Source of the DNA: Squalus acanthias | Lineage: Eukaryota | Length of the DNA: 64,000 nt | Reading direction: 5' to 3' | Assembly: GCA_030390025.1 (NCBI GenBank) | Contig: CM059432.1 | Coordinates: 69,752,001-69,816,000, forward strand | Shown here: piece after piece, positions 60,223 to 64,000 of the stretch | Layout of the letters: every line of letters starts with the position of its first letter | Numbering within the stretch: the first letter of the stretch is position 1 | Notes under the pieces: model-generated | What the model was told of the DNA's origin: nothing | Database searches by the model: none | The model's input: only the letters and a program-made list of their open reading frames with translations | Translations under genes and position numbers: made by a program

Positions 60223-61136
60223 ATTATGTCAGTAATAAGCTAAATGTTGCTTTTCAAATAGCAATTATAAAATAGAGAGATTGGAAAGATATTTTTATGG
60301 TGTTTTAGTTTTATGGTTTTCCTAAATGAGTAGAAAGACTGATAGTATAAAATCTGGAGCCTATATCAGACAGGATTTTATGACCTTTGAAACTGGTGCT
60401 GTAATTTATTTAGCAGTGTAAAGTGTTCTTTTGTTGCTCAGACACCCATTATAAAAATGTTATACCTATTTTATGGCCCATAATCTTAAGTTGCACTTGG
60501 AATTCTCACATATTTGACCATTTCCTTCAGAAACAATTTAAACTTTGAATCTGTACTTGAGCCTTTGAATACTAAATGTAACATGCAATTTTCAAAATAT
60601 TTCTTCATTTTCCACATGCAAAATGCACAACATTTTTCATTAAGTGAGGGGCCCAAAACTTAGATGTGCATTATAAGGATAATTTTGCAAATTTGATCTC
60701 CCAGTGTGGAGAAAGCTTCCAGGTGGAAGAGCAGAATGGTAAAATTACCTCTTGTATGTATTTCTATATTATTTTGCTCTAACTTTTGGAGAGAGAAAGA
60801 AAAGTGCACATTACAGGGATAATTTTACAAATGCACCCTACTGGTGGGGAACCTCTCTCCATGCATGTTCGTAAAATCAGTCCTTCGGAGATCCAGGCTG
60901 CTTGCCTGGACTGCATCCCACATTGGGGCCCCCTTCCACCCATCTCGAGGCCGATACGCCATCTCATACGATGTACCGCCCTCCAGTACTTCACTGAGTC
61001 CCGAATGAGGCAGAGAAGCAGGAATTCCAGGTAGAGAGAGTCCTTGCAACTGCTTACTGACAATATTTGCCACGTAAGTGGCTGGCAGAGGTTATGCCAG
61101 CTCATACTCGGACATTGCAGGAACAGCAGAGACTTG

Positions 61137-61885
61137 GGGCTGGATTTTGTCTTGGGGTCGGGTTGGTGTCGTGTAATCCGCATTTCGTGTTTCCCCCCCG
61201 ACTCCAGATTAATGTGGATGCCTGATGCAATTTTCACTTAATTGGGCAATTGAGTTGGAGCATGTGGGAACCCATGAACTAATTAGTGTTTTCAGTCTGA
61301 AAGTCGCCTCTGATGATGTCATCATTGCTGACTGCCTAGTCTCAGAGACTGTTGGTGAGAGAGGACCTGCCTGGCTTTTGATGTGAGTGGACCTGGATGC
61401 AAAAATGGGGGGGTGGTGGGTGTAGAGGAGAGAGAGAGAGAGAATTTTTTTGCCAAGCAAGTCCTCCCAGGCAGTCTCTGAAGACATTCAATGCAGCAGC
61501 ATCACAGGCGACGTTCAGACCTAATACTACTACTACTACCTTCATCACATCTCCGTTGTAATAGTGGACCTGCAGCTGATAGTCAGCTATCCACTTGTGC
61601 TCCCGCCAGGTTTCACTGGAGTGTTTCACACCAGGCGTGCTTCACGTCAGAAGAGGGTTAAACTAGCTACAGCATTTCAAAATGGCATTACAGAGCCAAT
61701 TTAGAGCTTGTTAAGGGCTTTAATGGCCTCTCCCGCCTCTTGAAGGCGGGACGGAGTCGGGAACCCCGCGACTGATTATGTCAAAATTGCGTGGAGGCGG
61801 GATGGGGTCGGAAACCCCGACCCCGCAAATTTAACCCCCCACACGCCTCCAAACCCGACTCCATGGGTCATTCAAAATCCAGCCC
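61137..61885. mobile_element. Harbinger-type MITE
   Basis: Perfect 13-bp TIRs GGGCTGGATTTTG / CAAAATCCAGCCC with TSD TTG. Confidence 0.8.
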
Positions 61886-62034
61886 TTGGTCTAACTAGGC
61901 CTTTGACTTTTTCCGGTGGGTTCCGCTAGTCTGCTGCCAGAGTTACGGCAGGAGGCTGGCAGAACTCCTGAGGATCTTCGGAGTCTGGGTGTTCGACCAT
62001 GGTGCACTTATGTAACCTTCTTTTTATTTTATAG

Positions 62035-62189
62035 TGAACAACTACCTTGTTGCTGTGCATACTGGTGATTGTTGGGGAGCTGAAACTTATGCTAATGTAT
62101 TTGTTACACTGCATGGGGAAAGAGGAGACACTGGAATTAGGAGGCTGGAAAAATCTTTAGTACTTGGAGAAAAGTTTCAACAAAACAAG
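62035..62189 (+). CDS. Host PLAT-domain gene exon (VNNYLVAVHTGDCWGAETYANVFVTLHGERGDTGIRRLEKS...KFQQNK)
   Basis: Acceptor tttattttatag|, donor AAG|gtactg. Canonical PLAT N-half Y.V.V.TG...GA.T.ANV...L.GERGDTG. Phase fits the exon ending at 37579. Confidence 0.92.
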
Positions 62190-62341
62190 GTACTGTACAT
62201 TTATTGAACAGTTAAATCTGTTTTTAAGAAATTAAAATCAGTTGATGGAAATGGAAACAAAATGGGAATCATAAAGCCCAGAGCAGCTGATCATATAATT
62301 AAATTTACTTGCACTTACAACATTTTCATCATAACTTACAG

Positions 62342-62555
62342 ATTGACTCATTTTTGGTGAAGGCAGTATCTTTAGGCCAAGTGTCAAAGGTGATCATAGG
62401 TCACGATGGAGAGGGCTATGGTTCTGGAATGTATCTGAAGATGATAATAGTACGCGAATCAAAGGCTTCAAACACAGAATGGGTGTTCCCATGCTGGAGC
62501 TGGCTGGATAGCCACATTGGAAATAAACAAACTGTTCGCGAACTTACTTTGTTAG
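62342..62555 (+). CDS. Host PLAT-domain gene exon (IDSFLVKAVSLGQVSKVIIGHDGEGYGSGMYLK...WVFPCWSWLD...RELTLL)
   Basis: Acceptor cttacag|, donor TTAG|gtaagc. PLAT C-half motifs D.F...AVSLG....V.IGHD, FPC..WL. Confidence 0.92.
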
Positions 62556-64000
62556 GTAAGCTTTGTATCTATAGTGACGCTTCAAATTATGAATGCATGA
62601 CTCCACATCTGTAATCATCGAAGTCCTTGCTTAATTCTCCTTATAACGCTTATACAAGTTAATTCACTTAACAGCAAGCTCAATCCATGTACATTTTTAT
62701 TTTTCTACAGTGCTAAATTGCAAATGCCTGTACAAACAACCCATTTATTTTTCAACAAGTAATCTATTTCTTTTAATTCGAAGTTGCTTTCATTTTTTTG
62801 CAAGCAAAAATGCCTCTGTGTTGTTTTATTTAAATTGCTTAACTCAAAATACTGAATAGTTTGAATTTCTTTCAAGCAGAAAACAACTTTGAATTAGCCT
62901 GTCATTTGTATTTTTGGGGTTAAAATTCTGTTCCTGTCCACTGGCAGTACAAGTGCACACAGGTCACAGAGGAGGCGAGAAACATGGGGCACAGGCCTTG
63001 CACCCAATTAGTGTTTGCCCTGGGCTTTCTGGAGGTGCAGGAAACTTACACTGTTCTCTCGTGCGAGCCTGTTATGGGGCACTAATTCTACAGATTTGGG
63101 TGCAGTATTGCTGCCTCAGAAATTTCAGCGTGTGATCTTATAACGCTGTGCCTGCAGAAATTGCAATTGTGCACCCACCAGAGGTACCCTTAAAGCAGCC
63201 TTGCCTCACCTTCTGCAGTCATTTAAAAGGGAATTTCCTTGGGGCTTCTCCCGCTCCACCACAGTAATTCTGATGTAAGTTCAGCAGCTCCTCGGGGCCC
63301 CACAAAAATACTGCGGGTCACGGCTGTCTCGGGCTCGCCAGCCCTGGGCCTGGTCTTATAGAATCATAGAAATTTACGGCAAAGAAGGAGGCCATTCTTT
63401 CCCCCCTCCACCCCACCCCTCTCCCCCAGGACCTATCTGCAGCTACCACCGGTATCCCAGCTGCCAACATTCCTGTGGCACAAAACCAGTGAGCTGCCAG
63501 GGGATGCCCGTGTGGCGTCCACAGCTCGTGGGTCAGACTTAAACAAGGGCCGAGCTTCAAAATCGTGGCGACCGCTTCGCCGCCGGAGTGGGTGACTGGC
63601 CAGTGTGCTCTGCTGGTCAGCCACCCATAAGTTAACATTGCCCGATTCTCTCACCAGAGACTCTTCTGAGCTTTGCCTTCTATACTTTCCCCTCCTCTTG
63701 CCCAGGAATGGGAGGAGCCACAGCTCCATCTCACACAGCCCAGTCCCTCAGCATTGTTACAGCTTTATAGAGAAGTTAATTTAAAGAGGCTTGTAAGAAG
63801 ATTGTTTGCAAAATTTTTGGGCTATTTCTCAACTATTTTCCTGTTGTAATTTAGATGTTAAGATGCCTTTATGACAATTGCTGTGCAGGTGCAGCCTTTT
63901 TTCACAACAGCTTACAATAACGCCACTATGTGAGCCCATGGGACTCTACTTTAATCAATATTTTTTGGAGGAACAAGAGGAGACTAACAGAGTGATGCTG

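Larger units (their letters stand above)
3230..62555 (+). other. RP1: Internal part of a spliced host gene encoding tandem PLAT/LH2 domains; best guess is the PLAT-repeat extension of RP1 (oxygen-regulated protein 1 long isoform), alternatively a LOXHD1-like gene
   Basis: Six exons with AG/GT boundaries and compatible phases join into one open frame: the end of one PLAT domain plus two further PLAT domains. The last domain (VHTGDCWGAETYANVFVTLHGERGDTG...GHDGEGYGSGMYLK...EWVFPCWSWLD) resembles RP1-associated PLAT repeats as I recall them. The name is not verified by a search. Confidence 0.5.

Overview
Vertebrate genomic window, most likely a shark or other cartilaginous fish judging from its repeat families (inference). 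It is mostly intronic. Six small + strand exons (3230-62555) encode tandem PLAT/LH2 domains of an RP1-long-isoform/LOXHD1-like gene. The introns (~30, ~3.6 and ~24 kb, plus two tiny ones) are filled with decayed CR1 and L2 LINEs, a tRNA-derived SINE, a solo LTR, and many nested PIF/Harbinger transposons and MITEs with 3-bp TSDs. The standout is a very young, structurally complete 9.24-kb LTR retroelement on the minus strand (46185-55426). It has 1.6-kb LTRs that differ by eye only in one microsatellite unit, a CTTG 4-bp TSD, an 18-nt tRNA-Arg PBS and a PPT. It encodes (i) an intact Gag with a coiled coil, an overlapping PSAP/PPxY late domain and a CCHC knuckle; (ii) in place of pol, an in-frame 386-aa non-enzymatic extension behind a UGA-CUAG readthrough-type stop; and (iii) an intact 783-aa Env with an N-terminal Ig-like domain fused to a Mononegavirales/baculovirus-F-like class I fusogen. 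It looks like a pol-less, helper-dependent but potentially particle-forming lokiretrovirus-like element.
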